DNA of 64,000 bases. Origin: Eledone cirrhosa (lineage: Eukaryota). The position numbers were made by a program, and so were the translations under genes. Below are positions 1-14,090 of the stretch, one piece after another. The stretch is taken from NCBI GenBank assembly GCA_964016885.1, contig OZ024741.1, positions 320,478,001-320,542,000 of the forward strand, read 5' to 3'. The first letter of the stretch is position 1, and each line of letters begins with the position of its first letter. The notes under the pieces were generated by a model. The model did no database searches and was not told the origin of the DNA. It saw nothing but the letters and a program-made list of their open reading frames with translations.

Positions 1-100
1 CCTAGAAACGATCGTAAAATGATGATTTTTTTATATAAGGAACTGTTTCTTTGTTTTTATTCATTATTGTTATTAATTTATATATATATATATATATTAA

Positions 101-771
101 GGACATGATTTATGATATATTGCTCTGATTATTTAATTTATTAATTCTTCATTGAGCCACATCGTGAACGGTTGCCACATATATATCTGTGACTTTATGT
201 ATATGTAAATCTTTATATTTACTAATCTCCCGTTGGGTTGAGATGCAATTTGGGCGATATTGGGCGGCGCTTTCTAGCAACCAGCCTACTCGCAGTAAGC
301 AAAAAATCACATTCTTTCTAACTTGACCACTGCCACGTCACGATTCTTAGCCATTTTTTAAATCTATTTCTGGCGGGATCGCTTTGGAAAATTAACTGTC
401 CTATTGAGTTTGTCTCCTGATGAGTTCAATACTCGAGATTTATCCTTAATAGGATATCTCAAAATACGAACGAAACCATGGTAGGGATATAATTACGGTA
501 TGTACCCATTTCTTCTAACTTTAAATTTATACGTAATTGTGTATGGTTGACGGTATATTTGGTCAGTTTCTACATGCTGTTGAAATGTTGGGTAAATACT
601 CTATTGTGGTCAACCGCGAAGAGGCTGCTTTCGGTTATTTATCAAATATTTCTTCATAGGAGCCTTTATTCTTATATCCTGGTCTAATTGATTTTTTATA
701 TGGTTAATTATGCTAATTGGGAGAGGAAATGGTATATATTTTAGCTAATAATTCTATGGACATGATTTATG

Positions 772-777
<6 letters not shown>
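101..777 (+). mobile_element. ORF-less hammerhead-containing element (retrozyme-like or solo Penelope pLTR), 657-bp unit plus 20-bp terminal redundancy
   Basis: GGACATGATTTATGATATAT occurs at 101-120 and 758-777; (TA)n on both sides; internal hammerhead at 411-489; no ORF. Confidence 0.6.
411..489 (+). ncRNA. Type I hammerhead ribozyme
   Basis: Stem I TGTCTC(411-416)/GGGATA(484-489), 2 G-U pairs; CTGATGA 417-423; stem II GTTC..GAAC enclosing a GAGAT-TATCCT/AGGATA-TCTC hairpin; GAAA 472-475; palindromic stem III ACCATGGT; GTA triplet 481-483. Confidence 0.85.
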
Positions 778-1050
<273 letters not shown>

Positions 1051-1236
1051 CAAACCCATATATTTGTCGTGCTGATGTGTTACAAATGAATATCTACTTG
1101 AAGTAATAGTAGTAGTGGATATCAATATTTCAATATACTGTCAGCCTCAAAACATATTCCAACTATGCTCCACTATCATATAATATTTCTCGCTTTCATC
1201 CGCTTATTTTTATTTTTGTTTGTTTATATATATATG

Positions 1237-1313
<77 letters not shown>

Positions 1314-1835
1314 ATTATTTTTCAGCAGATGTTTAGGCCTTTTATCCCCTACAACTGGGATGTAGAAATATAGTCAGACCACTGGACCATTGATGATCTA
1401 TTTGGTGTTGCTGCTACAGTTGCTGTTACTGCAATTGTTGATATTGTTGTGTCGTTGTTATTGTTCTTATTGCCGCTATAATGCCGACACTACAGTATTC
1501 TGCTAAGAGGAGAAAGGACAATTGATTGAAACATGCCACCATCGCCCGACATCAAATTCCAATCGTGAAAAAAAAAATCTCTACATAAACAGACCGACAC
1601 AATGGCCTTAGTCGACTTATGGCCGCCATCTTTTATCTTACATTTCATTACATCCATTATAACATCATATCTCGCCTTTCTTAAAAATGAAAACTTTTAA
1701 TATTATCTCTTTGTCTTTCAATCCTCATCTTTATCTTTCACCTTCTCTATCGATCTTCCTTCTTTTTCTCGAACGTATTATTGTTGTTTTTGTTGTTGTT
1801 TTGTTGATGATCTTCAGTTTGTTGTTGTTGTTTTT

Positions 1836-1874
<39 letters not shown>

Positions 1875-1954
1875 CTTCTTCTTCTTCTTCTTCTTCTTCT
1901 TCTTCTTCTTCTTCTTCTTCTTCTTCTTCTTCTTCTTCTTCTTCTTCTTCTTCA

Positions 1955-2720
1955 TTGTGAAACAGGAAGGATGCATTGTCAGAGCTACGAGATGTGCTCA
2001 AAAACACACAGGAACGAAATCTGTTCGATTGGCCCGAGTGGCAGAGGTGCAAGTTGGCATTAAAGCCAAATTTGGCCTTTGATAGACCTAGATGAATGTG
2101 TCCTACTCGATTCCAAACAATTAACACAGTTGTTTGGGACAAACGGGGGTACTGAGATGGCGCCAGATTATAGTTACTACCACGATGGCTGGACGCGCGT
2201 CGCTCTGGGGAAGATGCAGGGGGATGCGAAAACCAGATAGCAGCAACCGAGATACTAGAAACTTTAAGCGACTCTACGAGGCCCGAATTGCCGTTTGGAT
2301 GGTCTTGTATACGAGTTCTACGTAGACATATCAGGCGTATTCTTTGGAGTCCTCGAAGCTCTCTGCAACTGGCAACAGAGGGGGGAGAATCCCCAGCTGA
2401 GAAAGTGAGTGCGTTGTAACGATGATGAGGAAACACGTACACGTGTGATTGGGCCAACTATAACCATGTGTCTGTAGGCGGGCTGATTTGGAAAGGAGAG
2501 AGGTGCCCCCATTGGATGCATTTGGAGCGTCTGGTGATTCAGGATTGGTGGGGTTCCTGAGTCTCACCTAGATTTCCCACCCTCCTGAGGAATTTTTATT
2601 GTTGTAATTCTTTTGTTTATTGTCATTTGTCAATTTTTTTTTTACTCAATTTTATTTTAAACCCCTACTGTCTCTGTCTATTGTATTGTCACCTTTTTTT
2701 CGGCCCTTGTATCTAATATA
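1955..2720 (+). mobile_element. Internally deleted L1/Tx1-clade LINE remnant
   Basis: Starts after (TTC)n; encodes KQEGCIVRA..VRLARVAEVQVG and DGLVYEFY, matching the EN-RT linker of the 14091-19749 element, then jumps to a 3' end resembling 4970-5283. Confidence 0.75.
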
Positions 2721-2746
2721 GGAATTATTGTTATTATTGTCATTAT

Positions 2747-2930
2747 TGGATTGTCAGTATCGATAGAATGTGGGACGCCATGCTTTTCAACGTAGAGTTA
2801 TGGCCCTCTACGTTTTGAGTTCAAATCCTGCCGAGGTTAACTTTGCCTTTCATTCTTAAAGGGTCGATAAAATAAAGTACCAGTAATGAACTGGGTAATT
2901 GCTGGCCTTGTGCCTAAAGTAGAAACAATT
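2747..2930 (+). mobile_element. tRNA-derived SINE
   Basis: Degenerate A box, B box GAGTTCAAATCC, core GCCTTTCAT..GGGTCGATAAAATAAAGTACCAG, tail GGCCTTGTGCCTAAAGTAGAAAC shared with about 10 copies in the window. Confidence 0.8.
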
Positions 2931-3070
2931 ATTATAATCCTCGCCGCCGCCACCCTCATCATTTGCTTCCGCCTCGCCAGCCTCATTGTCTCCATCTTAT
3001 TTTCTCATTACGCCCCACCCTGCATTTTTTTCGTTTTTCTCCACCGCTTCTTCTTCTTCTTCTTCTTCTT

Positions 3071-3099
<29 letters not shown>

Positions 3100-3101
<2 letters not shown>

Positions 3102-5287
3102 AGGAAAGACGAGAACAAGAGGGATACATTAGACAACTTCAGGCCCATAACTCTGCTCAACACAGAGTTTAAAATTTTGGCCAAGGTGTTAGCAAAGAGA
3201 TTGACGCTTGTCGTCGAGGATTTGGTTGGGGAGGCGCAAACTTGCGCAATCCCAGCCAGGTCCATACTCGACAATCTGCACCTCATGCGATACATCATAG
3301 AGAGGGTAGGGTGTAAACCTGGCTTCGGTGGGGCACTGATCAATTTAGATCAATCGAAAGCATTCGATAGGGTCGACCATCGGTATCTGGAGTTTGTCCT
3401 CAAAGCAGCTGGCTTCGGCCCTGTCTTTAGAAGCTGGATCGTTGCAATGCACAGCGGCACACGCTCGGTGGTCAAGGTTAATGGCCACCTCGGAACCATT
3501 TTGGCTCTCCCGATCGGTCCGTCAAGGTTGCCTTCTCTCTTCCTTTCTGTACGTATTGACTCTCGAGCCTTTACTGCGGAAGCTGGAGCTGTTGCAGGGC
3601 ATCCCGCACGAACCGGGACGTGGAAAGGCGGTGTCGGCTTATGCGGACGACATCACCGTGATGGTGTCGAACACCTCAGAAATCGAGGTGGTCGGCACCT
3701 TATTGAAGGAATATGAAAGGTTGACAGGAGCCAAACTTAACCCGGAAAAGTCGGTGGGCTTGCAGCTCGGAACCTGGAGAGGCAAGCCCATGCCGTCCAA
3801 CAGCATCGTGGGGCGCTGGACGGACGGACCGGTAAAGTTGCTTGGGGTTTGGTTCGGACCAGACCTCCAGGTGGAAAAGAATTGGGACGAGGTAACCAGC
3901 AGAGTTTCCAGTCTCACCCAAAAATGGGCTGGGAGGAAGCTATCACTGAAAGGTCGCGCGGAGGTGGCGAATGCGTACATCGCGTCCGTCATCTACTACC
4001 GCCTGACCGTCGTGCCTTGCCCCCGTCCGCGCCTCGTCAAGTTGGAACGGCTCCTCTTTAAATTCTTGTGGAGGGGACAAGTTCCGTTGGTGAGGCGGTT
4101 CATCTGCTGCCAGCACCCTCTACGCGGAGGGCTGGGCATGCCGTGGCTAATGATGCGCAGACATGCGTTGAGGCTGCGACATCTCCAGATATTCTGCCTC
4201 AACGGTGAACAGGTGTGGTCGCTGTTTATCAGACAGGCCTTTCCGCAGCTCATTTCTTTTACTGAGCTGCAGTCCTGGGTCAAGAAAAGACCGAGACTGG
4301 GTGACTGGCACCTGGAATGTTGCCAGGCACTCACTGCCCTCTACCAAGCAGGCAATGCGATCAGTGGAACTTCCACTCTCGAGTTCTATAGAGGATTAGT
4401 GGTGGGAAAGTGCGATGACGCACTCGGAGAAGCTTTGGGCCTCGACGAAGTCGAACTGACCAGTCTGTACCGGAGGACTTTTGAGCCGAGGACGATGGAC
4501 AATTTCCAGAAATCCCTCGCTTGGCAGTGCTACCGGGGGCACTGCCGGTTCGGGATAAACTCTACAGGCACGGAAGTGCTGTCAGATGGACCTGCCCAAG
4601 ATGCGCACAGAACGACGAAACCGTTCTGCACGCACTTGTCCAATGTCCGTGCATTACTGACTTGTGGAGTTATGTCGAACAGCTACTGTCGCGTGTGGGA
4701 CGAATCCGGCTATCGGCCGAGTCCATAGTGAAGATCGATCCACCGCCTTCCTTAGGTCAGGAAGAGCAGGAAATTTTCCTCTGTCTGGTGGCAGTTGCGA
4801 AAGAGATTATATGGTGGACCAGGTTGAAAGGACTAAAGACCAGACACTTTTCTCTTCGGCCAATCCCTCATCAACTTCTTCAAGTTTCACCTGGAAAGGA
4901 AGGTGAGGGTGGAGAGAGAAGTGCTTCCCCCCAGTACATTTGCTAAAAGGTGGGTGAATGTGGCGAGAATGGCTCGTGTGAATGGGCCTACTCTGACCAT
5001 GCGCCTATAGGCTGGCTAACTTGAGGAGAGGGGGTGCTCTCCCTGGGTGCCCTAGAAGCGCAGGGTGGTTCAGGATTGGTGGGGTACCCGAATCACCCCA
5101 GGGTCGTCCACCCCCTATCGGGGAATTTATTTTATTATATTTATGTATAGTTTATTTTATATTTTTATATTTTCATTGTTAAATTAGTCTTGCCATTGTG
5201 CACTTTTACTCGACCTTATTGTAAACCCCCACTGTCCCTGTCTTTGTATTGTCCCCTACATGTCGGCCCTTGTGGCTAATAAATGAA
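3100..5287 (+). mobile_element. 5'-truncated L1/Tx1-clade LINE (RT + C-terminal CCHC), frameshifted
   Basis: NFRPITLLNTEFKILAK, LDQSKAFDRV, SVRQGC, AYADD, CPRC..ETVLHALVQC across ORFs 2886-3716, 3394-4728, 4521-4946; AATAAA 5278-5283 then (ATT)n tail. Confidence 0.93.
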
Positions 5288-5336
<49 letters not shown>

Positions 5337-6028
5337 TTTTTCTTTCTTTTCTTCTTCCTCCTCCTTTTCCTCATCCTCTTCCTCCTCACCACGATCATCG
5401 TCATCATCAACATTATCCTTCTTGTTACTAATACTTCCAGTTTCTGTTGTTACTATTGCATCTGTTATGGTTGTTGTAATTATTGTTGTTGCTATTGTTG
5501 TTATTACGACTGTTGTTCCTGATCCTATTGTTATTGTCGCTATCCTTCTTGCAGTTGTTGTTGCTCATGTTGTTGGATTTTGCAGCTGCTACTGGTGCTG
5601 TTGCTCTTGTTGCTGGAGTTGTGGTTGTTTTGTTGATAGTATTGCTGTTATTGTTGCTGTTGTTGCTGTTGCCGGTGATGTTTTTGGAACTGATGGTTTT
5701 GCTGTTGTTGTAGTTGTTACTGTCGTGGCAGTTGTTGCTATTTATGTTGTTGCAGCTGTTGTTGTTGGTGGTGGTGGTGGTGGTGGTGCTGCCATTAATA
5801 TACGTGTGAGTCATTAAGTTACCAGACAGCAAATGTTCAAGAAGTTTATCTCTATTCTTGCTATCTGTGTATAAATATATGTATGTGTTTGAATGCTTAA
5901 TCCAATGTATTTGTTTGCAGCTATGTGCGATACACATTAAATATGGTACATGCATATGTACACATACACATAGCACCACAACACAACCCCTCCATCATAC
6001 ATATATATATATACTATATATACGCACA

Positions 6029-6062
<34 letters not shown>

Positions 6063-6399
6063 TGTGTGTGGGGGGGGGGGGGGCGGATACACGGATACAT
6101 GGCGAAAAAAATTGCTTCCTATAAAATAAACTAGAATTTTGTAAAAAAAACTATCGGCTTGCAGAAAACATGATGGTTATCTAATTTGTTATTTTACTGA
6201 CGGGTTTCAGCTTTGGGTAGCTTTTCGCGTTTCACGTTCGATGTAATATTTGCGCTGGCATTGTGCAGGTTTTAATGTTTTGCATATGAACTAATTTCTT
6301 TTATTAAATACCGCTCAAATACCGCTTTTATTAAATACCGCTCAAATACCGCTCAAGAGAAGAAATTAGGATTTCTCTAAACTTCTACGTTGTAAAAGA

Positions 6400-8400
6400 A
6401 AGTATGAGTTGTGCTATACTAGTAGGAAAGCTATCAGACACATCATTAAAAATATGCCAAAGGTAACGCATTCGCATAATGAATGGCATTGTTGCCAAAA
6501 CTATTCACATTGCTATTCACAGAAAGAGTTGTTCTAACAATTATAGCCAAGCCCAGTCAGAACTAGTTTTCAAAATTAGAAAAACTGATAAAATATATAA
6601 ATATATAAAAAACAATCAAAGGCAAACACGACAAATGTGTTGTTCTATGAGACAGAAAGCAAGTGTCATGCAACTATGTATCACCTGTCTAGTGAGTAGG
6701 GATTCTTCATCTAAATGGAAAAAGAGAACACCTAAATTAGAACTTGCAAATATTGCATCATATCTATAAATTTTGATTTGTACCAATTATCATAGGCTAT
6801 GGAGCCTAGGTTTTCAAGAAAGATCAACTCAAATTTATTAGTATCCTCCAAATCCAAACGTTGAGTGGAGCACTGAACCATTCTAAAGATTCTTCATTTA
6901 AGTTTTCTGGAACGAAAATATACACGTAATAACATAACTATATATGCATAAGCCATAATCACACACCCATGTAATAAAAAGACATAAGTGGACTAGTTGG
7001 ACTCGCTGATATAGGAATAGCGCTTAGGGAAACGAAATGTCCATACATGATAGTTGAACACAGACAGTGTTTCTAAATACAGAACCACTGCATTAATTGT
7101 CTTTTTTATTTCCCTTGTACCGCACAACAAATTATATAAATATCTAAGTATTCACGAAAATATATGACACAACGTGAACAAAGATAGAATGACCAAAGAA
7201 TATCATACTAGAGTCAAAAGCATATCTCAGCTGGAATATTCCTTTTACAACAAGAGCATATTTTACAATGTATTTGCAGTACGCGTACTGATACCAATAT
7301 TTGCCATATATAGGAACTACTCTCCGTGGATATTAAAACATGCAGCATGCTGGTATAAACCAGAAGCTTTCACAGAAACACAGATATCGATAGGCTCTAT
7401 CTAAGAAAAACCAAAGAAATGGGGAGAGGCTTAATCTCAGACCAGAAGGCCGTATGGTCTTCTTCAGACAGCATTTGCTAAACAACGGCGGCAACAATAT
7501 ATACATCAAACAAATGCTGAAGTGTTAAGAAAACATCTTACTCGCCAGAAAGTACTCACGCTCTGACAGCTTCCAATACAACCTCAGAAACTACCTTATT
7601 AGCAATTTTCAAGAAAGAGCTTAAAGAGAATTATTCTGTAAACCAAAACATTTTGACGGTGCTACTAACATCCCAATAATACCTCACCTGACTTGGTTTC
7701 CTGTCTATTAAATCCCGTTCATCTCTCAAGTTGCTTTTACAGCCCAAGATCGGGAGTTAGATACGAAACACCTTAAAGACCCAAAATGTAATCGAAACAG
7801 TCGATCATATATTTCCGTGAAGATACCGTATTTGTGATCAGCAACTGTCTAACGATACTGTCAATGTATTACCTCCAAATGTAGAACGATTTTCTTTCTA
7901 AATCAATAGACAATGTAATACATAGGAAAGACTGTCCGTACTCCCCTGAATATATACATACATAGCAACAAAATAAACGTCAGTGGCTCAGTTTCATGAA
8001 AACCAATGCCAGTGCATGATATAATTAAGTAGGACAGAACAAAAATGATGTGCTGTCATAAGGGTCAGCTGGCTTGTCAATATGAAAAGTTTTCCAAAGT
8101 TACGTACAAGTTTTCCAAAGTTACGTACAATCTGCAGCCATATTATAAATTCACTTTCGTGTTGGTAATTTTGGTTGAGCTTGGTTAGGTTAGCAAATGC
8201 TTATGGGAACATCTAGGGTTTTCAGATAGGTGCCATACAAATACAATCTGTAAGCGGAAGAGTACAAATGTGCAAGATTTTTCTGAAGTTCAGAGTAGTT
8301 TCCAATTTTGTAATCCGAATTCTTACGACAGGGGTTTGTTACTTTATTTAGAAAATAATTACGTCCCCACAGAAACAATTCAAAGAATTCAAAAGAGTGT
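6400..8400 (+). pseudogene. Highly decayed R4/Dong-like LINE remnants
   Basis: GIVAKTIHIAIHRK resembles RHDIVAKTLYNAIRKK; KDRMTKEYHTRVKSI..YNVFAVRVLIPIFAI resembles the 36200-36350 translation; many stops; boundaries approximate. Confidence 0.55.
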
Positions 8401-8608
8401 AGATACATATATACATATATAGAATATAATTTCTCAACTTTATGTCAACAGAAAAGAGTTGAACTTAAAGGTGAATTGTGAGATATAATATATTTTATTC
8501 ATCATCCTAAAGATATAATTTAAATGCTCAATGTTGTTCAGCGACTGGTTGGCTCCAGATATATCTAGCTTGTATTCTCTAACATTAAACACACACACAA
8601 ACACACAA

Positions 8609-8703
<95 letters not shown>

Positions 8704-8761
8704 TATATAATTGTATGTGTAAACATATATATGCATATATATATGCATATATCTATATGTA

Positions 8762-8833
<72 letters not shown>

Positions 8834-9017
8834 CAGAATAAATGGAGGAGAAGGCAATACATTCAAATACAAAATTTACATCTTACAAGGTCTTTCAACT
8901 ACTCAGTATCAAAATAATAGTTCATAGATATGTGTGTGTGTGTACGCACGCATATATATTGCTATGAGTGATATTTACATAGAATCTTCAGAGAAGTAAC
9001 ATTGTTTATAATGATAG

Positions 9018-9093
<76 letters not shown>

Positions 9094-9622
9094 AGAAAGA
9101 GTGAGTGAGAGAAAGAGAGAGTGAGAGAAGAGGACTGCGAGGGAGAATGAGCGAAATATATTTGGGACCGATCATTCACTGAACAATAATGAACATTTAA
9201 ATTGTATATGTCAAGTAATGAATAAAACATGTTCTTTTTATTTAAATATTAGCATATCTCTCAATTTACCTTTAAGTTCATAATTCAGCTTAGTTGTACT
9301 TTTTATTGTCAAAGAGCTGACAATTGTTCTCAATGTATGTGTGCCTGTAGTTGTGTATGCGTCATTAGACCGTCGGATACAATGACTTGCGTTATTAATT
9401 CTGGCCCTCTGCGCTCTTATTTCAACTCCTACAGAGGTCACCGCTGCCTGTCATCCTTTCCTCTATATTTCATTCTTACCTCCACTGGTTTGAAATACCC
9501 ATGTCACGCCATTTGTCATGACGGCGTCCCTACGACTCCACTAGGGGTTTAAGACTCCATATATCATAGATACATATATATACATACATATATACATACG
9601 TACAAGCATACACACATACATA

Positions 9623-9916
9623 ATGGCTGGCCCCTCGTTATCGAGTATGGCCATTGCACGATATACCATTATTAGCAATTATTAATTAATTCCATCGTGC
9701 AATGCCTGTGCGTGAAGATATTTTTTAAAGGAGGAAAGACTGTGCACTGAGCCAATCCCACTCTCTGAGAGACAGTAGCTATAACCCGAAAAGAAGAAAA
9801 GATCAACATCATCGGTAACTACTGAGCCGCAGGTTTTATATCGGAGTTATCCCAGTTTCCTGAGTTGCCTTCTCCTAGAAGAATGCCCTGACAAAGGCTA
9901 TGGGTCCTTTACTCCC
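9623..9916 (-). mobile_element. RTE-related non-autonomous element family B (partial)
   Basis: Aligns by eye to 39690-39985 and to inverse copies at 40991-41378 and 62209-62669; flanked by CATA-type repeats. Confidence 0.75.
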
Positions 9917-10069
9917 TATATATGTACATAGATACATATATACATACATATATGCATGCATACATACATACGTACATACACACACGCATATATATATAAT
10001 ATATATATATATACACACATACATACAAACCTACATACATGCATGTAAGCATACATACATAAATATATG

Positions 10070-10676
10070 ATGGCTGCCAACTCGTTTTCGAGTACGGCCA
10101 CTACTTTACATCCATGTAGGAGAACCCCTACCGATGCGCTAAACAAGTGTGACTTTTTAGTCCAGCCAGCGACTTGAAAACTCTGGTTCAAACACTACAC
10201 TTGTGACAATTATTGACACATAATGCTGGGCCCATGGTACCATGTGACGACAAGTGCAGAGAGATCTCCAGATAAAAAGCAATGCCTGTGCCGTGAAGCT
10301 TTTATAGTGAGTAAAGGCACTGCACAAAGCCAGTCCCACTCTCTTAACCAAGATGATATTTACCAAAAAGAAGAACAAGTCAACATCATTGGATACCATC
10401 AGAGTTGCAGGTGTTATATCAGAGTTTTCCTTCTCCTAGAATTCTGCCTTGACAAAGGCTAAGGAGTCATCTCTCCCGGTGATTTTGGATGGCCATTGAC
10501 TCTTAAGAGCTCCTTTGCCCTTTGACAGGTTTTGTTTTTAGTCCCTCAGGATGTCCAAAGTCACCCTCCTCACCAAGAAACCTTGGTGGGGTTGCCAGTT
10601 TAGTCGCCAACGACCCGACCATGAGACAGGTTGTACTGGGATACATGTTACCAGTAGCACCAACTGGTGACCTGAC
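10070..10676 (-). mobile_element. RTE-derived bipartite non-autonomous element family A (about 607 bp)
   Basis: Near-identical copies at 19821-20427 and 32376-32980; minus strand has CTAGGAGAAGGAAAACTCTGA (RTE 5'UTR-like, from memory) and a C2H2-finger remnant; (TATG)n tail. Confidence 0.8.
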
Positions 10677-10809
10677 ATACATATATACATGCATACATAC
10701 ATGCATACACACATATACATATATACATACATATACACACATATACATACATATATACATACATACAATTGTGTATGTTATTTTTTATAGATATAGTTTA
10801 GATCTAGTT

Positions 10810-11120
10810 ATTAAGAACGAGAAGTTCGTTGAAGGGATTTGTAAGTATGCGAATATAGATAATGAAATAAATGCGCATGTTTCTGAATTATCCAACGTTT
10901 TGTTAAAATTACATGAAGTTATGGAATGCAAATATGTATTGAAGCAAAGCAAAATTATGTCTATTAAAAAAAGAATACGATCCTTCGTATTGAAATAGAA
11001 AGAAAGATGCCATGATGAATTTATACATTTGAGAATAATTGATACATATAGGGAGAATCTTAATTTTAACGTAAGATATGAAAACAAGGAAAGAAATAAG
11101 ATACTAGATAGAAAATTTAA
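10810..11120 (+). pseudogene. Decayed RTE-like RT C-terminal remnant
   Basis: NIDNEINAHVSELSNVLLKLHEVMECKYVLKQSKI resembles the RTE IDNEINARISKAS..L..VW....I...TK region. Confidence 0.4.
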
Positions 11121-11140
11121 AACGTGTCTATAAAATAGTA

Positions 11141-11323
11141 GTTTCTATTTTGGTACAAGGCCAGCAATTACCCAGTACATTACTGGTACTTTATTTTATC
11201 GACCCCATAAGGATGAAAGGCAAAGTTAACCTTGACGGGATTTGAACTCAGACCGTAAAGTGACGTAACTATGCTAGAAAGCATGACGTCCAACCCTCTA
11301 CCGGTACTGCCAATTCACCGCCC
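11141..11323 (-). mobile_element. tRNA-derived SINE with 17-bp TSD
   Basis: Family core present; AACGTGTCTATAAAATA at 11121-11137 and 11327-11343. Confidence 0.85.
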
Positions 11324-12789
11324 TGTAACGTGTCTATAAAATAATTTACAATAAGAAAATATTAAGTAATATCCACTGCATTCGATACCTACATATCATG
11401 GACTTTAGAAGTCAAGAGTGAGAAAAAGATCATAACTTATTTGAGATTTTATAGAAAGATGCTTCACATTTTATATACAGAAAATTGAATTAAGAGGAGT
11501 GTTAAAAATCAAATTGTTTGGAAGCCTGCAAATAAAGAGACAGTTCTTGTTGCTTGCTAAAAGGAGAAATTGAAGTTACTTAGTCATGTAACACGGCAAC
11601 ATAACATCTTATGTCTAGTGAATAATCATATAGACAAACTCATCGGTAAAAAGCATATACGAAATACCTAAAGTGGATTGATGAACAGCATCAAGAAATG
11701 AGCAAAGAGGTGGAAACATAAGGCTTGTTGATGTCCGTGAGTGGGAGGGATTCGTCTCAAACTGTACATCTATGGTCACCCTAAGCTAAGATTTCTGACT
11801 GACAGATATATATATGAATTATAAGCGCTAATTCTGTAACAGAAGACGGAAGAGGCAGTAATTGTTATGTGATATATGTTGTGATGGTACAGTTAGTTTA
11901 TACCAGTAATACATTTATTTTGTGAAATTTGGCAACGCACGCAGTGCTGTACGAGAATGCAATAAATATGATTTTTGTGTCACAGCCAAGTCCCTTTTAT
12001 GTTTTGTATTCTGTCCTACATTAGAGCTCGTAAATGTGGTGGTGTTGGTAGTGGTGGTGATGGAAATGTTGGTGGTAATGATGGTGATATTGTTGTTGTT
12101 GTGCTTGTTAGTGACGATGATGATGATGATTATGATTATGATGAAGTTGGTGGTGGTGGTGGTGATGATGAAGAAGATGATGATGATGGTGATGACGTTA
12201 CAGCAGATCACTATTGATGCTTCGTTGTAATTATTTTGTAGTTAGTTTTTTGTTTTTTTGCTTATCTTACATTTTTTTCCTATGAACGTTCTTCTAAATA
12301 TTACTATAGAAATAGTCATCATTATCATCCTCATCACCATTATGATAACCGTCACCATTATCATCATCTAATGCGTACCACCCTCACCCCACTACCACAC
12401 CTACAGTCACTGCCACCTTCATTATCCCCCCACGACAACCCCGTCACCTCATCCGTCACCTCTACCTTCATCTATATATGAGATATATAAAATACTGAAA
12501 CTAGCAATATTCATGAAATGGTGTTATGAACAGGTTTCTGATGTTGTTATTATCACTCTCCTCATTTCTACAATTGTCACCTTAGAATTATCATCATCTG
12601 CTCCACTACAATCATCATCATCTTCATCATCATCATCGTGTTCATCACCCCCATCAAAAACTATTATTTTCTTCAGCAGGAAAACCACCATTAACATAAT
12701 TCTGATTTTAATATTTCTCTCTACTTTCGGCACAAGGCCACCAATTTCAAGGGAGGGGAAAGTCGATTATATGTACATATAATATAACT

Positions 12790-12974
12790 GTTTCTACTTT
12801 TGGCACAAGGCCAGCAATTACTCAATGCATTACTGGTACTTTATTTTATCGACCCCGTAAGGATGAAAGGCAAAGTTAACCTCGGCGGGATTTGAACTCA
12901 GATCATAAAAATTCGTAACTCTTTGCTGCAACGCATGGCGTCCGACTCTCTACCAATACTGCCAATCCACCGCC
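12790..12974 (-). mobile_element. tRNA-derived SINE with TSD, next to a partial copy (about 12716-12770)
   Basis: Family core present; ATATGTACATATAATATAAC flanks both sides. Confidence 0.85.
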
Positions 12975-13252
12975 AATATATATGTACATATAATATAACG
13001 TCATCAATTGTTTACAGCTGAAGACAAGGTTCTGAACTTCGTAGAATTATTGATGTGTTTCTTGTTCTTTATTCCTATTTCGCAAATCAACACATCAGTG
13101 ACAATAGAGGAGAAGAAAGAAATGAAGTTAAGACAGAAAGACAAAAATAACGGAACGGAAAATGGAGTAAAATAACATCGACCTAGGATTTATGCTTCAG
13201 TTGTAATCATATTACCATTGGTTGAACAATAATATATATATATAATAATAAT

Positions 13253-13292
<40 letters not shown>

Positions 13293-13315
13293 TATATATA
13301 TATATATACATACAT

Positions 13316-13366
<51 letters not shown>

Positions 13367-13693
13367 TATATATATATGATATGGGTGTAGATGTGCATGT
13401 GTGTGTGTCTGTACACAGAGAAAAAATACAGTAACATTATTAGTGACACTTCAACACTCACTTCTGAATAGATGAATTTCACACATATATAAGTTCAGTT
13501 TCAAGACGAGATAATGGTGACTGCAGGCTTGCTAACGAATTATATTTGCTTTCTTCTTATTTCCGTCGAAACAAACTGTAAAAGTACGGCTGGAGATATG
13601 GAGATTCAGATATAAGGCTGAACGGATAAATGATTATATATATATATAATATATATAAATATATATATATATGTGTATATATATGTGCATGAA

Positions 13694-13735
<42 letters not shown>

Positions 13736-14090
13736 CATATATATATATACGTGTGTGCGTCTGTGAGGATGACTAATTTTATAAGATTTGATATATAGAT
13801 ATCATAGTGTTGTGGAGGTATTTGTACGAAGTAGATTCATTTACGTACATTCATGGCTGACAAAAGGTATATAACAGAGTATAAAATATAAAAAGAATGC
13901 TGTCATTTTCAAGCAAAAGTTAGGAGTTGATATTCTATACACAGATATATATTAAATAGATCGAGAATATATTTTCAAACAGCACTTCTCAATTGTGTTC
14001 AATAGATCAAATATAGGCGAAAGTCACATACATACATACATAAATGCATACATACATATATACATAAGTACATAGATAGATAGATAGATA

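Noticed and set aside
7428-7470. Minus-strand CTGAAGA-AGACCA..TGGTCT-GAGA
   Set aside because: GAGA instead of GAAA, no stems I or III, and it lies within a decayed R4 coding remnant
10590-10676. HDV-like ribozyme at the 5' end of family A (CCAGT..GTCG/CGAC-TAA-ACTGG)
   Set aside because: P2- and P4-like pairings are visible, but I could not build P1/P1.1, and family B breaks P2; needs a motif search
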